From contig CAVYCN010000003.1 of assembly GCA_963767005.1 (NCBI GenBank), forward strand, positions 352,001 to 416,000: 64,000 bases of DNA, read 5' to 3'. This DNA comes from an uncultured Actinomycetes bacterium (GTDB taxonomy: Bacteria; Actinomycetota; Thermoleophilia; UBA2241). Below the pieces are notes generated by a model that was not told the DNA's origin, ran no database searches, and saw only the letters and a program-made list of their open reading frames with translations. Below, one piece after another: positions 19,281 to 28,340 of the stretch; within the stretch, counting starts at the first letter, position 1, and each line of letters opens with the position of its first letter. The translations under genes were made by a program, and so were the position numbers.

Positions 19281-19961
19281 TCACTCCCCGATCGCCACGT
19301 CGTAGGTGCCGTAAGCGAGCACCAGGAAGACGCCATCGTATACCAGCAGGAACGCCGCCCTGCCGAGCAGCGGCGGCCCGGCGGCGGCCGAGAGCAGGCC
19401 GCTCGTGCCGGTCGCGGCGGCGATGAGCAGCGGGATCGCGAGCGGCAAGAAGACGATGGGCAGGATCAGATCGCGGGCGCGCGTGTGCATCGCGATCGTG
19501 GCGAGCAGCGTGCCGAGGGCGCTGATGCCGAGGTCGCCGAGGGCGATCAGCAGGATCAGACCAGGCAGGTGAGCGACGATCCGGCCGGGCGCGAAGAACA
19601 GCGCGAACAGCGGCACGGCGAGCACCTGGATCAGGCCCAGGAAGACGAGGTTGGCCGTCATCTTGGCGAGAAAGATCGTCACCCGGTCGACCGGGCACAG
19701 CAGCAGGCCGTCGAGGCAGCCTTCGTCCTTCTCGTGGGCAAAGGAGCGGCCCAGGCCGAGCAGGGCGCCGAAGACGAACACCACCCAGAGCATGCCGCCG
19801 GCGTAGAGCGACGGCGCGCCGCGGCCGGCCGCCGTAAAGGCGTAGTGGAACACGATCATGGCGAGGACGACGAACAGGAACATGGCGGCGAGCGTCTCGC
19901 GCGTGCGCATCTCGAGGATCAGGTCCTTGCGCACCATCGCCCGGAACTGGCGCAGGCCCAC
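19281..19961 (-). CDS. ccmB: Heme exporter protein CcmB
   Basis: KDLILEMR, RSFAHEKDEGCLDGLLL, LPLAIP; multi-TM. Confidence 0.92.
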   Translation of the reverse strand: MGLRQFRAMVRKDLILEMRTRETLAAMFLFVVLAMIVFHYAFTAAGRGAPSLYAGGMLWVVFVFGALLGLGRSFAHEKDEGCLDGLLLCPVDRVTIFLAKMTANLVFLGLIQVLAVPLFALFFAPGRIVAHLPGLILLIALGDLGISALGTLLATIAMHTRARDLILPIVFLPLAIPLLIAAATGTSGLLSAAAGPPLLGRAAFLLVYDGVFLVLAYGTYDVAIGE

Positions 19962-19964
19962 GGC

Positions 19965-20690
19965 TTACACCAGCGCCCCTTCGCGCACGCGCTCGCGGTA
20001 GACGGCGAGGACGTCGGCCGGCTCGAGCGCGCCGCGCGCGTGGTAGACGGCGCGCCCCCCGTCGAGGATGAGGACCTGGTCGGCGAGCTCGAGGCCGCGC
20101 CGCAGGTCGTGGGTCGAAAGGACGAAGGTGTGCTCCCCGCGGATCTCGGCCAGCAGGCCGTCGAGCAGCTCGACGGCGCGCGCGTCGAGCCCGGCGTCGG
20201 GCTCGTCGAGCAGCAGGACGCGCGGCCGGTGCAGCAGCGCCCGCGCGATGGCGAGGCGCTGGCGCATGCCCTTGGAGAGCGTCGCGACCGCGTCGTTCCC
20301 GCGACGGCCGAGCTCGAGCCGCTCGAGCAGCTCGTCGACGCGGGCGACCGGCTCGACGACGCCGTACATGTCGGCGTAGAAGCGCAGGTTCTCGCGGGCG
20401 GTGAGGTCGCGGTAGAGCAGCGGCTCGTGCGAGATGAGCCCGACGGCGCGGCGCACCGCGGCCGGGTCGCGGCGCGCGTCGTGGCCGGCGACGACGACGC
20501 TGCCGGCCGACGGCCGCAGCAGCGTCGCCAGCAGGCGCAGGGTGGTGGTCTTGCCGGCGCCGTTGGGCCCGAAGAGCGCGAGAAAGCCGCCCCGGGCGAC
20601 CGTGAACGACAGGTCCGTGACGACCGCCCGGCGGCCGAACGAGCGGCCGAGACCCGCCGCCACGACCTCGGGATCGGCCGGCGAGGCCAT
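19965..20690 (-). CDS. ccmA: Heme exporter ATP-binding protein CcmA
   Basis: GPNGAGKTT, LSKGMRQR, LLLDEP; located between ccmF and ccmB. Confidence 0.9.
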   Translation of the reverse strand: MASPADPEVVAAGLGRSFGRRAVVTDLSFTVARGGFLALFGPNGAGKTTTLRLLATLLRPSAGSVVVAGHDARRDPAAVRRAVGLISHEPLLYRDLTARENLRFYADMYGVVEPVARVDELLERLELGRRGNDAVATLSKGMRQRLAIARALLHRPRVLLLDEPDAGLDARAVELLDGLLAEIRGEHTFVLSTHDLRRGLELADQVLILDGGRAVYHARGALEPADVLAVYRERVREGALV

Positions 20691-22678
20691 CAGGCGCCCT
20701 CGCCCACGGCCTCGTCGCGCCGCTCACGGGCCGTGACCGGCACCCGCCGGCGCGCCGGCCACAGGGCCACGGCGGCGCCCCCGACGAGCAGGGCGACGCC
20801 GGCCCAGAGCGAGCGCATGAGCGGGAACACGTCGAGCTGCAACCGCAAGTGGCTGGCGGTCGTGTCGAACGGATCCTGGGCGACCACGAACAGGTCGCGG
20901 GGCAGGCTGCCCAGGATGACGGCGCGCAATGCGGCGCCGGCCGCGGGATAGACGTCGGTGTGCGGCGCGACGCTGCCGAGCTCGCGGCCGCCGCGGCTCA
21001 CCGTGAAGTGGGCGTAATAGCGGCGCGAACCCTGCGGTCCGGCGTCCTGCGAGAAGCCGGTGAAGCGCAGAGTGTAGCCGGCCACCGCCGCGGTCGCCCC
21101 GGGCCGGGCCGTGATGTAGACGTTGCGCTCCGTGCGGTAGACGTTGGAGCCGACCAGGCCGAGCAGGACCACGACGACACCGACGTGGGTCACGAGGGCG
21201 GCCGAGCGGCTGCGGCTGCCGAACAGCGCGCGGCGCAGGCCGGCGAGCGCTCCGCGCTCGGCGGCGGTCCGCCGCGCGTCGCGGGCGACGTGGACGACGA
21301 GCGCCGCCAGCGCGAGGCAGCAGACGTCGAGGCCGGCGATGCCGAGCGGGCTCGAGCGCAGCCGCCCGTTCGTCAGCAGCGCGGGCAGGGCCACGGCCGC
21401 CACGAGCAGCGGCCAGCGCACCGCCTGCCACCACGATCGACCGCGCGCGCCGCCGGTCGCGAGCAGCGGGCACAGGGCGAGCGCCGCGACGACGGCGACG
21501 CCGAGCGGCTCGGCGAAGGCCCGGTAGGTGTCGGGGCCCAGGGTACGGCCGGTGGTGAGCGGCACGAGGACGGTCGCCACGGCCAGCGCGGCGGCGAGCA
21601 CGGCGAGCGCCACGTCGAGCGCGGCCGGCGCGAGGGCCGTGGCGCCGGCCTCAGCCGGCGCCGCCGCGGCGAAGCGCCGCCAGCGCGCCACGAGCAGTCC
21701 GACCGAGAGCGCGGCCACCGCGCCGAGCAGCGTGGTCAGCACGACGATCATGGTCTCGCTCCGCTCGAAGGCGTGGACCGAGCTGATCAGGTCGGTGCGC
21801 GTCGTCCAGGTCGCGAGGATGGTGGCCCAGAAGGTCGCGCAGGCGAGGCCGAGCGCCCAGCGTGCGAGCTGCCCGCTGCGCCGGTAGACGAGCAGCGAAT
21901 GGACGAGCGCCGTGCCCGTTAGCCAGGGCACAAGCGACGTGTTCTCGACCGGGTCCCAGCCCCAGTAGCCGCCCCACGACAGCACGACGTAGGCCCACCA
22001 GGCACCGAGCCCGATGCCCAGGGACAGCAGCAGCCAGCCGCCCACGGCCCAGCGCTGGGCGCTCGGGGCCCACTCGCGCCCCGTGTCGCCGAGCAGCAGC
22101 GCCGCCGTCGCGTAGGCGAACGGCACGGCGAGAGCGGCGTAGGCGGCAAACAGGGCGGGAGGGTGGAGCACCATCGCCGGGTGCAGGAGCAGCGGGTTCA
22201 GGCCGGCGCCCGAGGTGCCGGCCGCGGCTCCGAGGAACGGATCGGAGCCGCCGTCGATCACCATGAGCGCGACGAACACGGCGGTGACGGCGGCAAGCAC
22301 GCCGACCGTCGTCGCCGTCAGGCGGTCGGCGGCCTCGACGTCGCGCAGCGCGATCACCACCGTGACGAGCGCGAGCAGCGCCGCCCACAGCAGCAACGAG
22401 CCCTGCTGACCGGCCCAGAAGCCGGCGGCGCGGTAGAACAGCGACAGCGTGGGGTCGGAGTTCTGGGCGACGTAGGCAAAGGAGAAGTCGCGACCGACGA
22501 AGGCCTCGAGCAGCACCGCGCAGGCGACGACGACGGCGAAGAACAGCCCGTAGACGGCGAGGTAGCCGGACCGCACGAGATCGGCGCTGCGCCGGCGCAC
22601 GCCGAGGGCGAGGAGCGCGACGGCGCCGAGCGAGAAGGCCAGGCAGCAGGCGAGGGCGATGCGGCCGAGGACGATCAA
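20690..22678 (-). CDS. ccmF: Cytochrome c heme lyase CcmF
   Basis: WAGQQGSLLLW, GLNPLL, HPP, WGGYWGWDPVENTSL, SVHAF; TTG start. Confidence 0.95.
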   Translation of the reverse strand: MIVLGRIALACCLAFSLGAVALLALGVRRRSADLVRSGYLAVYGLFFAVVVACAVLLEAFVGRDFSFAYVAQNSDPTLSLFYRAAGFWAGQQGSLLLWAALLALVTVVIALRDVEAADRLTATTVGVLAAVTAVFVALMVIDGGSDPFLGAAAGTSGAGLNPLLLHPAMVLHPPALFAAYAALAVPFAYATAALLLGDTGREWAPSAQRWAVGGWLLLSLGIGLGAWWAYVVLSWGGYWGWDPVENTSLVPWLTGTALVHSLLVYRRSGQLARWALGLACATFWATILATWTTRTDLISSVHAFERSETMIVVLTTLLGAVAALSVGLLVARWRRFAAAAPAEAGATALAPAALDVALAVLAAALAVATVLVPLTTGRTLGPDTYRAFAEPLGVAVVAALALCPLLATGGARGRSWWQAVRWPLLVAAVALPALLTNGRLRSSPLGIAGLDVCCLALAALVVHVARDARRTAAERGALAGLRRALFGSRSRSAALVTHVGVVVVLLGLVGSNVYRTERNVYITARPGATAAVAGYTLRFTGFSQDAGPQGSRRYYAHFTVSRGGRELGSVAPHTDVYPAAGAALRAVILGSLPRDLFVVAQDPFDTTASHLRLQLDVFPLMRSLWAGVALLVGGAAVALWPARRRVPVTARERRDEAVGEGA

Positions 22679-22688
22679 GCGACGGCCC

Positions 22689-23111
22689 CTACTGCCCGAC
22701 GCTCGCCTGCGGCAGCGGGCTCGCCTTGCCCGCGTACTTCGACGGGCACTTGGTCTCGAGCTGCTGAGCGGTGATCAGGTCGCCGCCCGCCGCGAAGCGG
22801 CCCGTGACCACGACCTGCACGCCGGCCGCGAAGGTGGCCGGCATCTGGCCGTCGTAGGCGACGCCGACGGTGGCCGCCTTGCCCGTGAGGTCCTCGATCG
22901 CGAAGCGCACGCCTGAGGGGCCGCGCACGATCGAGTCGCGCACGACGGCGCCGCCGACCTTCACGTCGTGGCCGTCGTCGGCGGCCGACAAGGCCGAGAC
23001 CTGCCGGTAGTAGGCGCCCTGAGCGACCACCACGTACACCATGGCGACTGCGAACACCGCCACCAGGACGACGGTGGCGACGATCAGGCGTCGCTGGGCC
23101 CTCTTGCTCAT
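22689..23111 (-). CDS. ccmE: Heme chaperone CcmE (CxxxY, System I* type)
   Basis: N-terminal TM, OB-fold-like body, C-terminal KCPSKY. Confidence 0.9.
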   Translation of the reverse strand: MSKRAQRRLIVATVVLVAVFAVAMVYVVVAQGAYYRQVSALSAADDGHDVKVGGAVVRDSIVRGPSGVRFAIEDLTGKAATVGVAYDGQMPATFAAGVQVVVTGRFAAGGDLITAQQLETKCPSKYAGKASPLPQASVGQ

Positions 23112-23147
23112 GGCTCACTCCCCGCCGGACGTCGTGCCCCGCAACCC

Positions 23148-23191
23148 GGCCGTTCGGACCGTGTTCAGGCCGTTCGAACCGTCTAAATGTA
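23148..23191 (-). promoter_or_regulatory. ccm-hem operon promoter (-10 TACATT) followed by two 15-bp direct repeats
   Basis: TACATT at 23191-23186; ggccgttcgRaccgt at 23148-23162 and 23168-23182. Confidence 0.55.
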
Positions 23192-23330
23192 GATGGTGCG
23201 GCGCCGGGCGTCACTCGTTCAGGCGTCACGCCCCGCTCGAGAGGCGTCCTCGCCGGAGGCGCGGCCGCAGGAGTCGGGCGGCCGTCGGCGTACTCTACGC
23301 CGACGGCCGCCCGCGGCAGGAGGCGAGCTC

Positions 23331-23903
23331 ATGCACGCTGCGATCCACGTCGACGTGATCGACTCCCGACGCCTCGCCGAACCCGAGACGCTCGCTCCCG
23401 CGCTCGAGCGCACCGTCGGCGAGCTGAACGAGGTCTTCGCCCCCGGGCTCGTGCGGGGCTTCGCGCTCGAGCACGACGACGACGCCTTTGCGGGGGTCCT
23501 GGCCGACGCCGTCCAGGCGCCTCTCTGCGTGAGCCTGCTGCGCGAGCTGCTGGCGCCGCTCCAGGTGCGCGTCGGGGTCGCGCTCGACGGTGAGGCCGAG
23601 GAGGCGTTCCTCGCGGCCTGGCGAGCCGACCGCCTCGTGCACTACCGCGGCACCGGCGCCGCCGGCGACCTTCTGTTGAACGCCTTCTGCGGTCTCGTCG
23701 AACCGCTCGTGCGCGCCCGCGACGCCGCCGAGTGGGACGCGGTGCGCACGGTACGGCGCCACACGACGCGGAGCGCGGCGGCCGCGAGCCTGGGGATCGC
23801 CGTCGACGAGCTCGAGCTGCGCCTTGCGACCGGCCACTGGCGCGAGGTCGAGGACGCCGACGCGGCCGTCGCCGCCTACCTCGCCCTGGCGCTCGCCCCC
23901 TGA
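23331..23903 (+). CDS. SatD-like protein
   Basis: AGGAGG SD; N-terminal AIHVDVIDSRR, VRVGV and a C-terminal HTH-like segment resemble the SatD family. Confidence 0.6.
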   Translation: MHAAIHVDVIDSRRLAEPETLAPALERTVGELNEVFAPGLVRGFALEHDDDAFAGVLADAVQAPLCVSLLRELLAPLQVRVGVALDGEAEEAFLAAWRADRLVHYRGTGAAGDLLLNAFCGLVEPLVRARDAAEWDAVRTVRRHTTRSAAAASLGIAVDELELRLATGHWREVEDADAAVAAYLALALAP

Positions 23904-23920
23904 GGGACCGGACGCGCTCC

Positions 23921-24433
23921 TCAGAGGTCGGGCCGGGCGCAGTCGCCGCCCAGGTCGGCCAGCTTCTCGAGGGCGTGCGGCAGGGCCGCGCGGATCACCG
24001 CGAACTGCTCGCGACAGGCGACCGGGCTGCCCGGGAAATTGACGATCAGGGTGGCGCCGCGCAGGCCGCTCGCCGCGCGCGACAGCATGGCGTGCGGCGT
24101 CTTTGCCAGCGACGCCGCGCGCATGGCCTCGGCAAAGCCGGGCGCTTCGCGGTCGAAGGCCGCCCTGCTGGCCTCGGGCGTCACGTCGCGCGAGGTGAAG
24201 CCGGTGCCGCCCGTGGTCAGGATGAGGTTGGCCGGCGTGCGGTCGGCGTAGTGGATGAGCTTCTCGGTCAACAGCACCTGCTCGTCGGGCAGCAGGACGC
24301 GCTCGACGTATTCGGCGCCGAGCTCGTTCAGGAGACCCTCGAGCACGGCGCCGCTCTCGTCCTCGCGCCGGCCCGCGTGGCCCGAGTCGGAGAGCGTGAT
24401 GACGACCGCCCGGATCGGCACGCTTGCGCTCAT
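23921..24433 (-). CDS. mog: Molybdopterin adenylyltransferase (MogA/MoaB family)
   Basis: ITLSD, DESG, TTGGTGFTSRDVTPEA, AMLSR, NFPGSP. Confidence 0.92.
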   Translation of the reverse strand: MSASVPIRAVVITLSDSGHAGRREDESGAVLEGLLNELGAEYVERVLLPDEQVLLTEKLIHYADRTPANLILTTGGTGFTSRDVTPEASRAAFDREAPGFAEAMRAASLAKTPHAMLSRAASGLRGATLIVNFPGSPVACREQFAVIRAALPHALEKLADLGGDCARPDL

Positions 24434-24944
24434 GCCCTGCCCTCCTCGCTCGTCGCGCCCGGCCCGCGCGCGCCGCCGCCCAGCAGCGTGACGACGACCT
24501 CGTCGCCCGCCTTCAGCGGGCCGCCCTCGAGGACCCGGGCGAAGACGCCCTCGCGCGGCATGACGCAGTCGCCGGCCGCGCGATAGATGGCGCAGCGGTC
24601 GTGGCAGACCTTGCCGATCTGCGTGAGCTCGACGAGGCAGCCGCCGAGACGCAGACGCGTGCCGATCGGCAGGTCGGCGACGGCGATCCCCGTTGTCGTC
24701 ACGTTCTCGGCGAAGTCGCCCGGGCCCACGTCGAGGCCCTTGGCGCGCATCGTCTCGATGCTCTCGAGGGCGAGCAGGCTGACCTGGCGGTGCCAGGGAC
24801 CGGCGTGGCCGTCGCCCTCGATGCCGTGCTCGACCGCGAGCAGGATCTCGGGTCGCGGCTGCTTGCGCACGCCCTTCGTCGCGGCGACGTTGACCGACAC
24901 GACGCTGCCGTGCCCGCCCACCTCTGCCGCCGCCTTCGCGCCGC

Positions 24945-24948
<4 letters not shown>
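24430..24948 (-). CDS. MOSC domain protein
   Basis: [46 protein letters not shown]; GTGA overlap with the moaC stop. Confidence 0.92.
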
Positions 24949-25433
<485 letters not shown>

Positions 25434-25437
25434 CGTG

Positions 25438-26400
25438 CTAGCCTCCGATCTGCGACATGCGGGCACCGGCCGCGGGCGACTCGAGGCCGCGGTCGAAGCT
25501 CTTGCCGGCGATGGCGTCGGCCAGGGCCGCGGCGAGCGCGTCGGGCCGGCCGATCAGGGAGCGCACGTCGAGCTCGCGCTCGGGCGCCGAGAACAGACAG
25601 GTCTTGAGGCGGCCGTCGGCCGTGAGGCGCAGCCGGTTGCAGCGCGCGCAGAAGTGGTCGGACACCCCGGCGATGAAGCCGACGGTGCCGCGCGCCCCGG
25701 GTACGCGGAAATACGTGGCCGGTCCCAGGCCGTAGGGCCCGTCGACCGCCTCGACGGCGTAGCGGCCGCGCAGCCGCTCGAGCACCGCGCCGGCCGGCAC
25801 GAACTCGCCACCCACGCCCAGCCGGCGGTCGACCGGCATGTACTCGATGAACCGCACGTGGACCTCGCGCCCGCGCACGAGCTCGACGAAACGCTCGACC
25901 TCGTCGTCGACGCCGGCCAGCAGCACGGCGTTCACCTTGACGGGTGCGAAGCCCGTCTCGAGGGCCGCGTCGAGGCCGGCCAGGGCATCGGCCAGGCGAG
26001 CGCCCCGGGTGAGCCGCTCGTAGCGGTCGGGGTCGAGGCTGTCGATGCTCATGTTGACGCGCCGCAGGCCGGCGGCGCGCAGCTCGGCGGCGTGGCGTGG
26101 CAGGAGGATGCCGTTCGTCGTGAGCGCGAGATCGGCGAGGCCGTCGAGCGCGGCGAGCCGCTCGACGAAGCCGACAAGGCCCTTGCGCACGAGCGGCTCG
26201 CCGCCCGTGACGCGCACCCTCGTCACGCCCAGCCGCAGCGCGGTCGCGGCGAAGGCGAGCAGCTCCTCGTACGACAGGATCTCGTCGTGGCGCCGCGGCG
26301 GCACGCCCTCGGGCGGCATGCAGTACACGCACCGCAGGTTGCAGCGGTCCGTGACGGAGAGGCGCAGGTAGTCGACGCGGCGTGACGGGGAGGCGCTCAC
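25438..26400 (-). CDS. moaA: GTP 3',8-cyclase (radical SAM)
   Basis: [47 protein letters not shown]-terminal IGG. Apparently leaderless. Confidence 0.98.
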   Translation of the reverse strand: MSASPSRRVDYLRLSVTDRCNLRCVYCMPPEGVPPRRHDEILSYEELLAFAATALRLGVTRVRVTGGEPLVRKGLVGFVERLAALDGLADLALTTNGILLPRHAAELRAAGLRRVNMSIDSLDPDRYERLTRGARLADALAGLDAALETGFAPVKVNAVLLAGVDDEVERFVELVRGREVHVRFIEYMPVDRRLGVGGEFVPAGAVLERLRGRYAVEAVDGPYGLGPATYFRVPGARGTVGFIAGVSDHFCARCNRLRLTADGRLKTCLFSAPERELDVRSLIGRPDALAAALADAIAGKSFDRGLESPAAGARMSQIGG

Positions 26401-26481
26401 AGCGGCAGTGTAGCGCGCCCGGCGCGGCCCGTCACACGCGCTCCCGGCACGCGCGGGGCGACCCGCCGCCGGCGCCCGTCC

Positions 26482-26682
26482 TCAGGTCTGGACCATCACC
26501 TCGGTGGCCTTGATGACGGCCTTCACCTGATCGCCCTGCTTGAGCCCCATCGACTCCACGGAGTGCCGCGTGATGGCGGCCACCACCTCGTTGCCGCCGA
26601 CGTCGATCACGACCTCGGCCATCACCGTGCCGAGCGTGATGAACTTGACGGTGCCGGGAAGCTGGTTGCGTGCGCTGATCAT
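26482..26682 (-). CDS. Molbindin / TOBE-domain molybdate-binding protein (Mop-like)
   Basis: ISARNQLPG, AITRHSV..MGL..GD.V.AVIKATEV; SD GAGAGGG before the ATG at 26682. Confidence 0.92.
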   Translation of the reverse strand: MISARNQLPGTVKFITLGTVMAEVVIDVGGNEVVAAITRHSVESMGLKQGDQVKAVIKATEVMVQT

Positions 26683-26720
26683 GGTCCCTCTCGTGGTCGT
26701 GGTTTGGTCGGCCGCCGCCG

Positions 26721-28220
26721 TCACATGCCGTCGCGCCGGCAGGCGCCGAGCGGCGAGCCGGGGCTCGCCCAGTCCATCTCGCGGATCATGACCATCTTCA
26801 GCTCGGTCATCTCGGCGATCGCGAACTTCACGCCCTCGCGACCCATGCCCGAGCTCTTGATGCCGCCGTACGGCATATGGTCGACCCGGAAGGTCGGCAC
26901 CTCGTTGATCATCACCCCACCCACCTCGAGGTGGTGCGCCGCGTAGAGGGCCTTGTTCAGATCGCGCGTGAAGAAGCCGGCCTGCAGCCCGAACTCGCTG
27001 TCGTTCGAGATCTCGATCGCCTCGCAGAGGTCGCGCGCCTTGATGACGGCGAGCACCGGACCGAAGACCTCCTTGGCGCAGACCTTCATGTCGCGGCCGA
27101 CGTCGGCCAGCACGGTGGGCCGCAGGGCGCCGCCGGCGTCGACGCCGCCGGTGACCAGGGTCGCACCCTGGTCGATCGCCTCGGCCACCCAGGATTTGAC
27201 GCGCTCCGTCTCGCCCTCGTCGATGAGGGCGGCCACGTCGGTCGTCTCGTCGAGCGGGTCGCCGACCTTCAGGGCCGCGACAGAGGCGGCGAGCGCCGCC
27301 AGGAACTCGTCGTAGACCTTCTCGTGGACCACGACGCGCTGGACCGAGATGCAGACCTGGCCCGAGTTCGTGAAGCCGCCCGCCACCACACGCTGCAGGG
27401 CGAGCTCCAGGTCGGCGTCCTCGTCGATGATCGTCGCCGAGTTGTTGCCGAGCTCGAGCGTCACCATCTTCATGCCGGCGTCGCTCGCGATCTGGCGACC
27501 GACCGGGGGACTGCCGGTGAAGGTCACCATGTTGACGCGCTCGTCCTTCACCAGGGCCGCGCCCAGCGTGCGCCCGGGCCCGACCACGACCTGGAGCACG
27601 CGCTCAGGCAGGCCGGCCTCGGCAAGGAGCTCGGCCAGCCGCAGCGCGGTGAGCGGCGTCGACGACGCCGGCTTGAGCACGACCACGTTGGCGCCGGCCA
27701 GGGCGGGCGCCACCTTGTGGGCGACCAGATTGAGCGGGAAGTTGAACGGCGAGATCGCGACGATCAGGCCGCGCGGCTCGCGGATGGTCCAGCCGAAGCG
27801 GTTCTCGCCGCCCTGGTCGGCGTCCATCTCGATGATCTCGCCGGCCGTGCGCTTGGCCTCTTCGCTCGCCCAGCGGAAGGTCGAGGCGCCGCGCCGCGCC
27901 TCGACCCGCGCGTCCTTGAGCGGCTTGCCGCCCTCCAGAGCGATCAGCCGGGCGATCTCCTCGGCGTGCTCTTCGATCAGATGCGACGTGCGCTCGAGGA
28001 TCTGGGCCCGCCTCCAGGCCGGCGTCCAGCGCCACTCGGCAAGAGCCGCGCGCGCCCCGTCGAGGATCCCGTCGAGGTCCTCGATGCGCGTCGTGTTGAT
28101 GGTGGCGACCTCGGCACCGTCCCACGGGCTGCGGACGGTGAGGGGGTCGCCGGTCCCGACGGGACCGGCGATCCGCAACCCCCTGGCCACGCGTGCGGTG
28201 ACGTCTACTACCACAGCCAC
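26721..28220 (-). CDS. Aldehyde dehydrogenase (lactaldehyde/GapN-like subgroup)
   Basis: PFNFPLNL, KPA, FTGS, LELGNNS, GQVCIS, EVFGP, PYGG.K.SG.GREG. Confidence 0.93.
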   Translation of the reverse strand: MAVVVDVTARVARGLRIAGPVGTGDPLTVRSPWDGAEVATINTTRIEDLDGILDGARAALAEWRWTPAWRRAQILERTSHLIEEHAEEIARLIALEGGKPLKDARVEARRGASTFRWASEEAKRTAGEIIEMDADQGGENRFGWTIREPRGLIVAISPFNFPLNLVAHKVAPALAGANVVVLKPASSTPLTALRLAELLAEAGLPERVLQVVVGPGRTLGAALVKDERVNMVTFTGSPPVGRQIASDAGMKMVTLELGNNSATIIDEDADLELALQRVVAGGFTNSGQVCISVQRVVVHEKVYDEFLAALAASVAALKVGDPLDETTDVAALIDEGETERVKSWVAEAIDQGATLVTGGVDAGGALRPTVLADVGRDMKVCAKEVFGPVLAVIKARDLCEAIEISNDSEFGLQAGFFTRDLNKALYAAHHLEVGGVMINEVPTFRVDHMPYGGIKSSGMGREGVKFAIAEMTELKMVMIREMDWASPGSPLGACRRDGM

Positions 28221-28227
28221 TCCCTTC

Positions 28228-28340
28228 TCGTGCCGTCAAGCGATCGTTTCCGCCCAGGCTGGCGTGACTTCGTCGCGCGCCTCGTGCCGTCAAGCGACTT
28301 CGTCGTCGCCGCTCAGGCTGGCGTGACTTCGTCGCGCGCC
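28228..28340 (-). repeat. Two tandem copies (54 and 59 bp) of the dispersed intergenic repeat
   Basis: tcgtgccgtcaagcga...caggctggcgtgacttcgtcgcgcgcc twice; the reverse complement aligns with the 11213-11270 unit. Confidence 0.88.

Noticed and set aside
26401-26481. Moco riboswitch before moaA or before the ALDH-mop operon
   Set aside because: moaA appears leaderless, and I saw no Moco-motif consensus in either leader.
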